From an uncultured bacterium (GTDB lineage: Bacteria; Patescibacteriota; Minisyncoccia; Phycocordibacterales; CAIZLB01), in assembly GCA_903848795.1 (NCBI GenBank), contig CAINHC010000016.1, positions 1 through 54,708 on the forward strand: a stretch of DNA of 54,708 nucleotides. Direction: 5' to 3'. A program made the position numbers and the translations under genes. The stretch's first letter is position 1. Every line of letters starts with the position of its first letter. Shown here piece by piece: positions 1-8,390 of the stretch. The notes below the pieces were generated by a model that was given only the letters and a program-made list of their open reading frames with translations, did no database searches and was not told the DNA's origin.

Positions 1-61
1 ACTGTTCATCTGTTGAAAAATTATCTATGAATTCTTGCATGTTTTCTGGGTATTCCTTCAT
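1..61 (-). CDS. Possible 5' end of a gene running off the window (MKEYPENMQEFIDNFSTDEQ...)
   Basis: ATG at 61 lies 6 nt after a TACGAT -10 box of a TTGACA-N16-TACGAT promoter, and the frame is open to the window edge. Confidence 0.4.
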   Translation of the reverse strand, partial: MKEYPENMQEFIDNFSTDEQ

Positions 62-67
62 CTATTT

Positions 68-95
68 ATCGTAACAAAGGGGTTGGGGGTGTCAA
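68..95 (-). promoter_or_regulatory. sigma70-type promoter, probably leaderless
   Basis: TTGACA (95-90), N16, TACGAT (73-68), ATG at 61. Confidence 0.5.
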
Positions 96-184
96 GCGGA
101 TATGCCAGTAGATAAAACATCTAAATAGACGACCGCCTCCGCTTCATTGAAACCGTATTTAATTAGTTTTTTGATTGTTTGCAT
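92..184 (-). pseudogene. Truncated TrmB-like regulator, first 30 codons only
   Basis: Hand translation MQTIKKLIKYGFNEAEAVVYLDVLSTGISA* matches the N-termini of the three intact TrmB-like ORFs (L..G(F/L)...E..(V/I/L)YL), and it is divergent from a LivJ-like gene like the others. Confidence 0.7.
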
Positions 185-189
185 ATATA

Positions 190-204
190 GTCCTAACTTG
201 GGAC
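190..204. promoter_or_regulatory. Candidate TrmB-like operator GTCC-N7-GGAC
   Basis: GTCCTAACTTGGGAC, 5 nt from the trmB remnant start codon. Confidence 0.5.
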
Positions 205-335
205 GACATTATCTTCATAATTATCCTTATAATATAATATCATATATATAAATATATCAAAATATTAACCAAATGTAGGACGCATAATCGATATAGTCAT
301 ATAATTCTGTTCACATAATAATAACCAACGGAAAT

Positions 336-1421
336 ATGAAATATAAAAAGATAATTATACCAGGAGTGTTTGTTTTAGCCTTGTTACTCTACGGGCTCTT
401 TGCGGATTTTAAAAATGATAAATATGTAAAGATTGGGGTAACACTACCCTTATCTGGTAACTTGTCTATGTATGGAGAATCCATCTTGAATGGAATAAAT
501 TTGGCAATCAATGAACAAAACAATTCATCTGACCCTTTAAAAATTGATTTAATTGTTGGAAACAATGAAGGATCAGCGAATAAGGCGGTTTCTGATGTTA
601 ATAATTTCGTGTATGTTGATAAGGTATCGGCGGTTTATAATTCATTTGAGTCATTAGGTCTTGCAGCCAGAGAAATTGTCGAAAAAACTCATGTACCGAT
701 GATAATGAGTACCACATATGTTCTAACTGCAAAGGATTCTCCAAAATTTACTTTTCGTGACTATTGGAATTTTAAAAATATTGGAAATGATTTTAACATA
801 ATTTTGAAAAAGGACAGTGTATCATCAGTTAAAATTCTTGCGCAAAACGATAATTCATATAATGACTTTAAGAGCGATATAGTTCAAGATGGTGTTGAAT
901 TAGGTAGGGAAGAGAAGTTTAATTATGGAGAAAAGGATTTCAGAACCAGCCTATCTAAGCTTAATATTTCAAGTAATGATAATTTGATAGTCTATGCTTT
1001 CCCAGTTGAAGCCTCTTTAATTGTTAAACAATTAATTGAACTTGGAGTTAAACCTAATAGGTTACTAATTACTGAGGCTACGGAGTATCCAATTATGTCC
1101 GATAGTAAAAGTGTCAGTTATTTGAGCGAGATTGGAGCTTATAGTTATGTGTCTTCAGAGATTCTTGATAATCAGGATTTCGTATCAAAATACAAACAAG
1201 CTTATAAAATAAATCCTCGAGCTGATTCAGTATATGCTTATGAAGATAGTAGAATGCTAATAGGAGCTATTAAAAAGTGTGATAAATTTGAATATAAAAT
1301 TGAAGATCAAAGAGTTTGTATTAAGGATGAAATTAAAGGAGGATTCGATGAGTTTAATAATATTAATAGGAATGTACCTATCGTGAAGTTTGGTGGGGGA
1401 AGGTTCAGTGTAATTAAATAG
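336..1421 (+). CDS. LivJ/LivK-like (branched-chain amino acid type) substrate-binding protein with N-terminal membrane anchor
   Basis: KIGVTLPLSG..G..ILNGINLAINE N-terminus, EKFNYGEKDFRTSLSKL and YAYED motifs, hydrophobic N-terminal helix without lipobox Cys. Confidence 0.85.
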   Translation: MKYKKIIIPGVFVLALLLYGLFADFKNDKYVKIGVTLPLSGNLSMYGESILNGINLAINEQNNSSDPLKIDLIVGNNEGSANKAVSDVNNFVYVDKVSAVYNSFESLGLAAREIVEKTHVPMIMSTTYVLTAKDSPKFTFRDYWNFKNIGNDFNIILKKDSVSSVKILAQNDNSYNDFKSDIVQDGVELGREEKFNYGEKDFRTSLSKLNISSNDNLIVYAFPVEASLIVKQLIELGVKPNRLLITEATEYPIMSDSKSVSYLSEIGAYSYVSSEILDNQDFVSKYKQAYKINPRADSVYAYEDSRMLIGAIKKCDKFEYKIEDQRVCIKDEIKGGFDEFNNINRNVPIVKFGGGRFSVIK

Positions 1422-1443
1422 AATGTATCGAATTAAATATTGT

Positions 1444-2196
1444 TTATTCGGTCTTAACCGTAACATTATTCCAAATCAGATTGAAGAAAGAAGAAAAAAT
1501 ACTACTGAATGGCTCTGATTCTATGATTAGTGAATAAATCTTTTGATTATCCATAAAGAATAGGGCAGTCTTGTTGCCGTAGATATACATTGAGCTTTTT
1601 ATATCTTGCGGACCTTTGACCTCTCTCGTTTCTCTGAATGAATTACTTGCAAAGCCCTCGTCAATGTCACCCGGCACAAATTCAGGTCTGATGATTCTAA
1701 TATGTATATTTGACTGCTCTCTATTTTTAATCCATTCACGGCTAACTTTTGGAAAATATTTAATAAAATCTGGTCTAAGATATGCACTTATGGTTTTTAC
1801 CTTTGTAAGCTTGGAATGATCTAAAATATCTTGTAGTACCGCCTTAGATCCTTCCTTGCCAGTGTATAACTTTGCGGAGGGAACTGTTCTTCCGTCTTCA
1901 GAAAGTAACCTTAGTTCTGGAACCAATTCCTTCATTTTCTCCAGCTTCTCTTCTTGTATTTTTAATAATCTGTTAGGACTCTCCGCTCCATAGTATTTAA
2001 CTCCATTTTTCCTCCACATACTTACTAAGCCCATTCTTTGCATTGATAGTAGGGTGTCATATATGGTTGTTTTTGCAATTCCAGTGTCTTGTACAATCTG
2101 GGTAATTGAACAGTCCTTAAGTTTAAGGAGGCTTAAATAGACCTGAGATTCTTTATCGGAAAAGCCGATTTGTGATAGTTGTTGAATATAATTCAT
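1444..2196 (-). CDS. TrmB-family transcriptional regulator (wHTH plus C-terminal sensor-like domain)
   Basis: LSQIGFSDKESQVYLSLL...TGIAKTTIYDTL..M..MGLV winged HTH, AESPNRL linker, C-terminal IYGNKTALF. Confidence 0.85.
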   Translation of the reverse strand: MNYIQQLSQIGFSDKESQVYLSLLKLKDCSITQIVQDTGIAKTTIYDTLLSMQRMGLVSMWRKNGVKYYGAESPNRLLKIQEEKLEKMKELVPELRLLSEDGRTVPSAKLYTGKEGSKAVLQDILDHSKLTKVKTISAYLRPDFIKYFPKVSREWIKNREQSNIHIRIIRPEFVPGDIDEGFASNSFRETREVKGPQDIKSSMYIYGNKTALFFMDNQKIYSLIIESEPFSSIFSSFFNLIWNNVTVKTE

Positions 2197-2201
2197 AAAT
2201 G

Positions 2202-2216
2202 GTCGGAAAAAGCGAC
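2202..2216. promoter_or_regulatory. Candidate TrmB-like operator GTCG-N7-CGAC
   Basis: GTCGGAAAAAGCGAC, 5 nt from the trmB start codon, the same offset as the 190-204 site. Confidence 0.5.
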
Positions 2217-2343
2217 TAATATATTATACATTAGGAACCTTATAATACAAGCCTGTTTCTGTTTTACATAAAATATCAAGTATAAACTGCGATTAAGTTG
2301 ACAAAGTATAATATGATGTTGCCGTAATAATTTAAATAAAAAT

Positions 2344-3480
2344 ATGAAAAAACATAAAATTATATCAATAATTATAGCGGTAATACTTGTTGTGACAGTT
2401 ATATTCGTGGCTAATGGGGGTGTGGATGGTGCTAATAACTCAGATACTATCAAGATTGGCTTTATAGGTGCTCTTTCAGGAGCTGATCCTTCATATGGAG
2501 AGGCTATGAAAGGTGGGGTAGAGATTGCTGTTGAAGAAATAAATGCGGAAGGTGGAATAGGTGGTAAGAAAGTTGAAGTAATATATGAGGATGGCAAGTG
2601 TATTGATTCAAAGAGTGCTCTGTCTGCTTTTCAAAAGCTAAATGACATAGATCATGTAAAGGCAATAATCGGTGGTGGATGTTCAAATGAGGTGTCTTCT
2701 ATTTCTAAATTAGTTGATGAAAATAGAATATTTCTGATATCCTCTGGTGCATCTAGTCCCGATATCTCTGGTTCAAGCCGGTACATCTTTAGAAACTCAT
2801 CAAATGATACAGAGATGAGTAGACAGTTAGCTAATCAAATTAATAAAGATGGATTTAGGGACATCGCAATTATTTCTGATAATTCGGATTTTTCTTCAGG
2901 ATTCAGAAAATCATTTATTAATGAGTTTGATAAGATTGGCGGTGTTGTGAGTGGAGATATAATTGTTCAAGCCAATCAATCAGATTATAGATCCGATATT
3001 GCTAAACTTAAAGCTTCTAATCCAAAAGCCATATTTATTAATCCAGCTGTTCCAAAGACTGCAGGTATTATTGTAAAGCAAATACAAGAAGCTGGTTTAA
3101 CTTCTAAAATATATTTAACATACATGGCAACACCTGCATTTTTCAATATAGCAGGGGACAGTGCTGATGGTGCAACTGTAATTGATCTACCAAAGATTTC
3201 TGGTAATCTCGCAAACAATATTCTTACTAAGTTTGAAGCTAAATATGGTCACAAAACTGTTTACGAATATAATACAGTTGCGGCATATGATGCGATGATG
3301 GTGATTAAAGAATCTATATCGAAAGTCGGATATGATTCTGATAAATTATCCAATTACGTATCAACGCACAGCTTCTCCGGCGGTCTCGGTAATTTCAGCT
3401 TTAATAACCAAGGTGATGTTTCTGGAATGAAATATACATTCCAAATTATTAAAGGACATGAGTTGATGGAGATAAAATAA
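2344..3480 (+). CDS. LivJ/LivK-like substrate-binding protein with N-terminal membrane anchor
   Basis: IKIGFIGALSG, YEDGKC...GGGCS Cys pair, SSGASSPDIS, DYRSDIAKLK and AAYDA motifs. Confidence 0.9.
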   Translation: MKKHKIISIIIAVILVVTVIFVANGGVDGANNSDTIKIGFIGALSGADPSYGEAMKGGVEIAVEEINAEGGIGGKKVEVIYEDGKCIDSKSALSAFQKLNDIDHVKAIIGGGCSNEVSSISKLVDENRIFLISSGASSPDISGSSRYIFRNSSNDTEMSRQLANQINKDGFRDIAIISDNSDFSSGFRKSFINEFDKIGGVVSGDIIVQANQSDYRSDIAKLKASNPKAIFINPAVPKTAGIIVKQIQEAGLTSKIYLTYMATPAFFNIAGDSADGATVIDLPKISGNLANNILTKFEAKYGHKTVYEYNTVAAYDAMMVIKESISKVGYDSDKLSNYVSTHSFSGGLGNFSFNNQGDVSGMKYTFQIIKGHELMEIK

Positions 3481-3487
3481 GGACGAA

Positions 3488-3533
3488 ATAAAATAAACCC
3501 CGAGTTCTATTATTTACTCGGGGTTTATTTTAT
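3488..3533. terminator. Bidirectional intrinsic terminator
   Basis: Perfect 18-bp inverted repeat ATAAAATAAACCCCGAGT / ACTCGGGGTTTATTTTAT between convergent genes. Confidence 0.85.
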
Positions 3534-3552
3534 GATTTATATATGGAAATTA

Positions 3553-4602
3553 TTATTTCTGCTCCTCCAGCCACTTCCACACCGCCTCATTTAACATGAT
3601 TGTCTCAACATAAATTGTTGCTCTCACACGGTCTGCGTCTTTGTAGTAGTTAAGAAGTGAATCAACTTCCTTCTTGATTGCTTCCTCAGATACCTCAATC
3701 TTTTCCTCAATCGCAATCTTGTTTAGAAGAAGTTGTGTCTTTGCTCTTTTTTCTGCATCTGGTCTCCATTCTTTCTTAATGTCTTCTTGGGTTTTTCCAA
3801 TATGCTTCAAATAGTCCTCGATTGAAAGTCCCATTTCTGAAATATTTGATGACATCTCCGCAATCATTTTCTCAAGCTCTGATGCAATTAGCATCTCAGG
3901 CATTTCAATCTCAGAGTCTTTGATAATATCTTCCATTATCTTCAGTCTCTTCTTCTCCTTTTCCTTGCGAGTTTTGTCTGATGTAATTCCTTCCTTAACT
4001 CTTTCTTTAAATTCCTCCACTGTCTTTAGGTCCCCAAATTTCTTTATAAAATCTTCATTCACTTCTGGAAGATCCAGTTCTCCATGATTATGGTCGTGAT
4101 CATCTGGATTCTTTGCGTGATGTTCATCATGAGCAACTTGTTTTCTAAGTTCTTCAACCGCCTCATCAACTTCTTTGTCAGTTACTGTAACTTCAACTTT
4201 CTCAGCCATTATTTTTCCTGCTGACTTTTTGTAATTTCCAATCTTAACTTCAGGCATCAGTGCAGTTTTAATCTTGAATCCAAAAGCTTCACCTGGTGCA
4301 ACCTTTGTGATTGTAACAGCGGGGGAGCCAACAGCTTTGATATCAAGAGAAGAAACTATTTCTCCATAATGATGCTCAAGAGCTAATCTTCCAGCCTCTT
4401 CTGTTATTGTCATTTCTCCTAGTTTGTCTACAAGTTGTTTTTCTGGAATATGACCTGGTCTAAAGCCATCGATTTTGATTTCTTTGCTAAAGCTTTTAAG
4501 TGCTTTGGCTCTAAACTCTGCAACGGTTTCTGCTTTGATTTCACCTTCAACTTCGAATTCTGAATTTGGAAGTTTTTGTTTGTTAGTTATTGTAAATGAC
4601 AT
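3553..4602 (-). CDS. tig: Trigger factor, short form apparently lacking most of the FKBP PPIase domain
   Basis: KIDGFRPGHIP ribosome-binding loop, C-terminal chaperone domain (A.KR.K..LLL.KIA.EEKIEVS), 349 aa. Confidence 0.9.
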   Translation of the reverse strand: MSFTITNKQKLPNSEFEVEGEIKAETVAEFRAKALKSFSKEIKIDGFRPGHIPEKQLVDKLGEMTITEEAGRLALEHHYGEIVSSLDIKAVGSPAVTITKVAPGEAFGFKIKTALMPEVKIGNYKKSAGKIMAEKVEVTVTDKEVDEAVEELRKQVAHDEHHAKNPDDHDHNHGELDLPEVNEDFIKKFGDLKTVEEFKERVKEGITSDKTRKEKEKKRLKIMEDIIKDSEIEMPEMLIASELEKMIAEMSSNISEMGLSIEDYLKHIGKTQEDIKKEWRPDAEKRAKTQLLLNKIAIEEKIEVSEEAIKKEVDSLLNYYKDADRVRATIYVETIMLNEAVWKWLEEQK

Positions 4603-4644
4603 TTTATTTAATTTATTCTGAATAATTTATTACACCATAAAAAT

Positions 4645-5202
4645 TTAACCTTGCACGGGGCCTGACCCCTTACCATACTTCTCTTCATAAAGCTTCTTGG
4701 CTCTATCAAATGCCTTCTTGGCTTCATCTGCTCCGCCTATGCTATCAATTGTAACAATTTTCTTTTGCATTTGCTTGTATGTCAAAAAGAAGTGTTCGAT
4801 CTCTTCGATTGTGTGAGGATTAACATCTGACAAATCGTGAACATTATTCCATCTTGGGTCACCAACTGGAACAGCAACGATTTTTGCATCTGAATCTCCA
4901 TCGTCAACCATGTTTAAAATTGCAACAGGGCGAATACGCGCCATCACTCCTGGAATAAGGGCGTGGGTTGTTAGAATTACAGTATCAAGTGGGTCACCAT
5001 CATCCCAAAGTGTTCTTGGAATAAAGCCATAATCAAATGGATAATCTTGTGTGGTATAGCCAACTCTATCAAGTGAGATTAATCCTGTTTTTTTATCTAT
5101 TTCGTATTTGTTTTTTGATCCCTTGTTGATTTCAATGATCGTTATCATTTCCTCAGGAGTTCCGGAATCTATATCGTGCCATAAGTTCATTCTTGTCATC
5201 AT
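4645..5202 (-). CDS. ppa: Family I inorganic pyrophosphatase
   Basis: EINKGSKNKYEIDK, YPFDYGFIPRT, DGDPLD and DSDAK motifs. Confidence 0.95.
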   Translation of the reverse strand: MMTRMNLWHDIDSGTPEEMITIIEINKGSKNKYEIDKKTGLISLDRVGYTTQDYPFDYGFIPRTLWDDGDPLDTVILTTHALIPGVMARIRPVAILNMVDDGDSDAKIVAVPVGDPRWNNVHDLSDVNPHTIEEIEHFFLTYKQMQKKIVTIDSIGGADEAKKAFDRAKKLYEEKYGKGSGPVQG

Positions 5203-5327
5203 TTTGTCATTAATTAGTTTTTTATAATTTTAGTTGTTTAGGTATTTTCTGAAATAAGTAGCAAAGGGACTCTCCACAGGTTCATGTTAGAACCACTTTT
5301 GTTTCTATTTGGAAAGTTGGTTCTTAT

Positions 5328-6617
5328 TTATTCTGCTTCTGTTATCGAGTCTTCTTCGACTAGTACTCCGTCTGCAATCAACTTTGCTACGTCGCTGTCA
5401 TTGATTACGGCTTCTTGTTCATCTTGCATGTCGTTTGCTTCCTCGTTGCTATTTCCGTTTCCAAATTTTCCGCCAGTATCCTCATCACTTAGATCTTCTA
5501 CCTTCACGGATTGAATGTCGATTCTCCACCCTGTTAGTTTTGCTGCGAGTCTTACGTTTTGTCCTCCTTTTCCAATGGCTAGTGATTGTTGGTCTTCTGC
5601 GACTTCAACTATCGCTGTCTTATCTTGCTCACTAATCTTGATATTTATAATCTTTGCTGGAGATAGGGCGTCGGCGATGAATTCTGCTGGATTTTCTGAC
5701 CAATCAACGATATCGATTTTTTCGCCATTTAATTCACCTGTTACTGTGTTTACTCTAACCCCACGTTGCCCAACCATTGATCCGATTGGATCGATATGTG
5801 AGTCTGCTGCGTAAACTGCAATTTTTGATCTTGCTCCAGCCTCTCTGGCAACTGACTTAACTTCTACTGTTCCTGCTGCAATCTCTGGTACTTCAATTTT
5901 GAATAGTTCTGCGAGGAAGTGAGGTGTTGCACGTGAGAGTCTTAGGAAGATTCCTCTTGGAGTTTCTTCAACACGCATTAGACAGGCTCTGATTCTTTCT
6001 CCTTGATTGTAATGTTCTCCTGGAATTTGCTCATCATATGGAAGCAAACCTATTGCGCGTCCCATATTGATAAATACTGTTCCTCTTTCTATTCTTTCAA
6101 CTGTTCCTGAAACTATTTCTCCCTCCTTCTTTCCGAATTCATTGAGCACTGATATCTTCTCTGCCTCTCTAATCTTCTGAATAATGACTTGTTTTGCTGT
6201 TTGAGCTGCGATTCTTCCGTAATCTTCTTTTGTTTCTAGTGGGAAGACCAATTCTTCTCCAACTTGCACATCCTTCTTTATTTTTCGGGCGATATCTAGC
6301 AAAATGTGTTGTTCGTCGTTAAAAATAACTCTTTCCTCGTCTTCTCTATTGATATCATAGGCTGATTCCGGGAGTGTGCCGTCTTCATTGGGAAATATTG
6401 TTTTTTCTGGATCGACGGCTGTTTTTACCTGACAAAAATCGACTTTTCCGGTGTTGATATCAAAAATAGCCCTGATATATTGACCCTTTCTGCCGTATTC
6501 CTTCTTATAGGCGGTGGCGAGGGCTAATTCTATGGCTTCTATTATCTTTTCTCTGGGAATTCCTCTTTCTTCTTCTAATTGGTCAAGGACTGAATGTATT
6601 ACTTTTAGATCAAACAT
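5328..6617 (-). CDS. nusA: Transcription factor NusA
   Basis: FGRIAAQ-like YGRIAAQTAKQVI, S1 domain, AREAGARSKIAV, AIGKGGQNVRLAAKLTGWRIDI. Confidence 0.97.
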   Translation of the reverse strand: MFDLKVIHSVLDQLEEERGIPREKIIEAIELALATAYKKEYGRKGQYIRAIFDINTGKVDFCQVKTAVDPEKTIFPNEDGTLPESAYDINREDEERVIFNDEQHILLDIARKIKKDVQVGEELVFPLETKEDYGRIAAQTAKQVIIQKIREAEKISVLNEFGKKEGEIVSGTVERIERGTVFINMGRAIGLLPYDEQIPGEHYNQGERIRACLMRVEETPRGIFLRLSRATPHFLAELFKIEVPEIAAGTVEVKSVAREAGARSKIAVYAADSHIDPIGSMVGQRGVRVNTVTGELNGEKIDIVDWSENPAEFIADALSPAKIINIKISEQDKTAIVEVAEDQQSLAIGKGGQNVRLAAKLTGWRIDIQSVKVEDLSDEDTGGKFGNGNSNEEANDMQDEQEAVINDSDVAKLIADGVLVEEDSITEAE

Positions 6618-6776
6618 GATATTTAATTGTTATTTAGTTGTTTAAGTTTGTTTGGCTGGCGCCGATTTAGGCCTTGTAAGGCTTAATCTGGTCAAATATT
6701 GACCTTCTGACGCCCGTCTCTTTTGGATAAACCCTTTGTTTAAGCCGTATAATGTGGCTTTTTATGAGTTTTTGGG

Positions 6777-6805
6777 AAAAAAATTAGCCCGCCTTTCGGG
6801 CGAAC
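6777..6805 (-). terminator. Weak terminator-like hairpin in the nusA leader (candidate attenuator)
   Basis: Minus strand GTTCGCC-CGAAA-GGCGGGC followed by TAATTTTTTT, about 20 nt downstream of the nusA promoter. Confidence 0.5.
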
Positions 6806-6823
6806 ATAACTTGAGACCTCATA

Positions 6824-6852
6824 AATATAGCATTGTTTGGTGAAATGGTCAA
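6824..6852 (-). promoter_or_regulatory. nusA promoter
   Basis: TTGACC-N17-TATATT with extended TG. Confidence 0.65.
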
Positions 6853-6913
6853 AATTAATGCAGAAATATACAAATTGACATTTATGGCATGTAATTAATG
6901 ACCGGTTTAGATA

Positions 6914-6960
6914 TTGCAATCAACTGTTAATTATGCTAAATTTAACACCAAATTAACAGT
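6914..6960 (+). promoter_or_regulatory. fic promoter overlapped by a 10-bp inverted repeat operator
   Basis: TTGCAA-N17-TAAATT (TG-extended), ACTGTTAATT (6923-6932) and AATTAACAGT (6951-6960). Confidence 0.6.
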
Positions 6961-6995
6961 AAGTCATTTTAACCTATATATTACAACCCATATCT

Positions 6996-8324
6996 ATGTT
7001 TGAAACACCACCAATTTGGAAAAAGCTATTAACAGTTGAACTTATTGAAAAAATTCAAAATTCAAAAGAAGTTCAAGATATTTTGAGTAAAGCTCAAAAG
7101 GAGTATGTTTATTGGGATAAATTCAAATATTATAATTTTCCTCAAAACATCACACCCAAAGAAGCCTGGGCTTTTGTTAAACTTTCTAGGATGTCTTTGA
7201 TTGAAAGGACTCCAGTCAAATCAATTTCTGGTGATAATTTTAGCTATAATATTCCCAAAGATTTATATCAAAAATTAAATTTTATCGATACGCATGGAGC
7301 GGGTTTACTTAAGAGTTTTCAAGATAAACCTTCTAGTGCTCAAACTTCAAAATATATAATCAGCAGTTTAACTGAAGAATCTATCGCATCTAGTCAAATT
7401 GAAGGAGCGAACACAACTCACAAAATCGCAAAGGAAATGATTTTATCACAGAGAAAGCCGAGAAATAAAAGTGAACAAATGATTGTGAACAACTATTTGG
7501 CAATGCAAAAAATTGCACAGTGGAAGGATATTGATTTGACGGAACAGATGTTACTAGATTTGCAAAAGATATTAATAGATCAGACAGTTGACGAACCCCT
7601 AATTGTTGGAAGATTTAGAAGGGATGAAGATGAGATAGTCGTATCTGATCAGATTACTGGGGAGATAGCTCATGTTCCACCAAAAGAAAAATTGATGCTT
7701 TCTGAATTGAAAAGATTTATACAGTACGCTAATCAAAAAGAGAGTGATGATAGTTTTATTCATCCAGTTGTAAAGGCATCCATCCTTCACTTCTGGTTTG
7801 CTTATTTACATCCGTTTGCGGATGGTAATGGTAGATCATCGAGAGCAATTTTTTATTGGTATTTATTGAAAAATGATTATTGGCTTATAGAATACGTTTC
7901 CATTTCCAGAGCTATAAAACAAAGTCGAAAAGCTTATGACAACGCTTTTTTGTATAGTGAAAATGATGATAATGACATGACTTATTTTCTATTATATATT
8001 ACTGAGACTTTCAAAAAATCTATATTACAGTTTATGGAATATTTTGAAAGGAAGGAGATTGAAATAAGGGAAATAAAATCCAATACTTCAGTGTCTTCTA
8101 AATTTAATATTAGACAGACTGTTCTGCTTCAATATTTTTCTGAACATCCCGATGAATCTATTGATGTCGCGACCCATCAAAATAAAAATGGAATTTCTCG
8201 TCCTTCTGCTTATAATGACTTGGCTATGTTAGTTAAGAAAGGTTTGCTTGCTGAAACAAGAAATGACAAAAGACTGATATATATGCCAAATATCAATAAG
8301 ATTAAAAAATTATTTAATTTATAA
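6996..8324 (+). CDS. Fic-domain protein with C-terminal winged HTH
   Basis: HPFADGNGRSSRA catalytic motif, SSQIEG inhibitory motif upstream, ISRPSAYNDLAMLVKKGLL wHTH. Confidence 0.9.
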   Translation: MFETPPIWKKLLTVELIEKIQNSKEVQDILSKAQKEYVYWDKFKYYNFPQNITPKEAWAFVKLSRMSLIERTPVKSISGDNFSYNIPKDLYQKLNFIDTHGAGLLKSFQDKPSSAQTSKYIISSLTEESIASSQIEGANTTHKIAKEMILSQRKPRNKSEQMIVNNYLAMQKIAQWKDIDLTEQMLLDLQKILIDQTVDEPLIVGRFRRDEDEIVVSDQITGEIAHVPPKEKLMLSELKRFIQYANQKESDDSFIHPVVKASILHFWFAYLHPFADGNGRSSRAIFYWYLLKNDYWLIEYVSISRAIKQSRKAYDNAFLYSENDDNDMTYFLLYITETFKKSILQFMEYFERKEIEIREIKSNTSVSSKFNIRQTVLLQYFSEHPDESIDVATHQNKNGISRPSAYNDLAMLVKKGLLAETRNDKRLIYMPNINKIKKLFNL

Positions 8325-8390
8325 GAAAACTACTAAATTGAATTTTATGATTTTGGAGAATTGCCTACTTGGTGATAATATTTATATATC

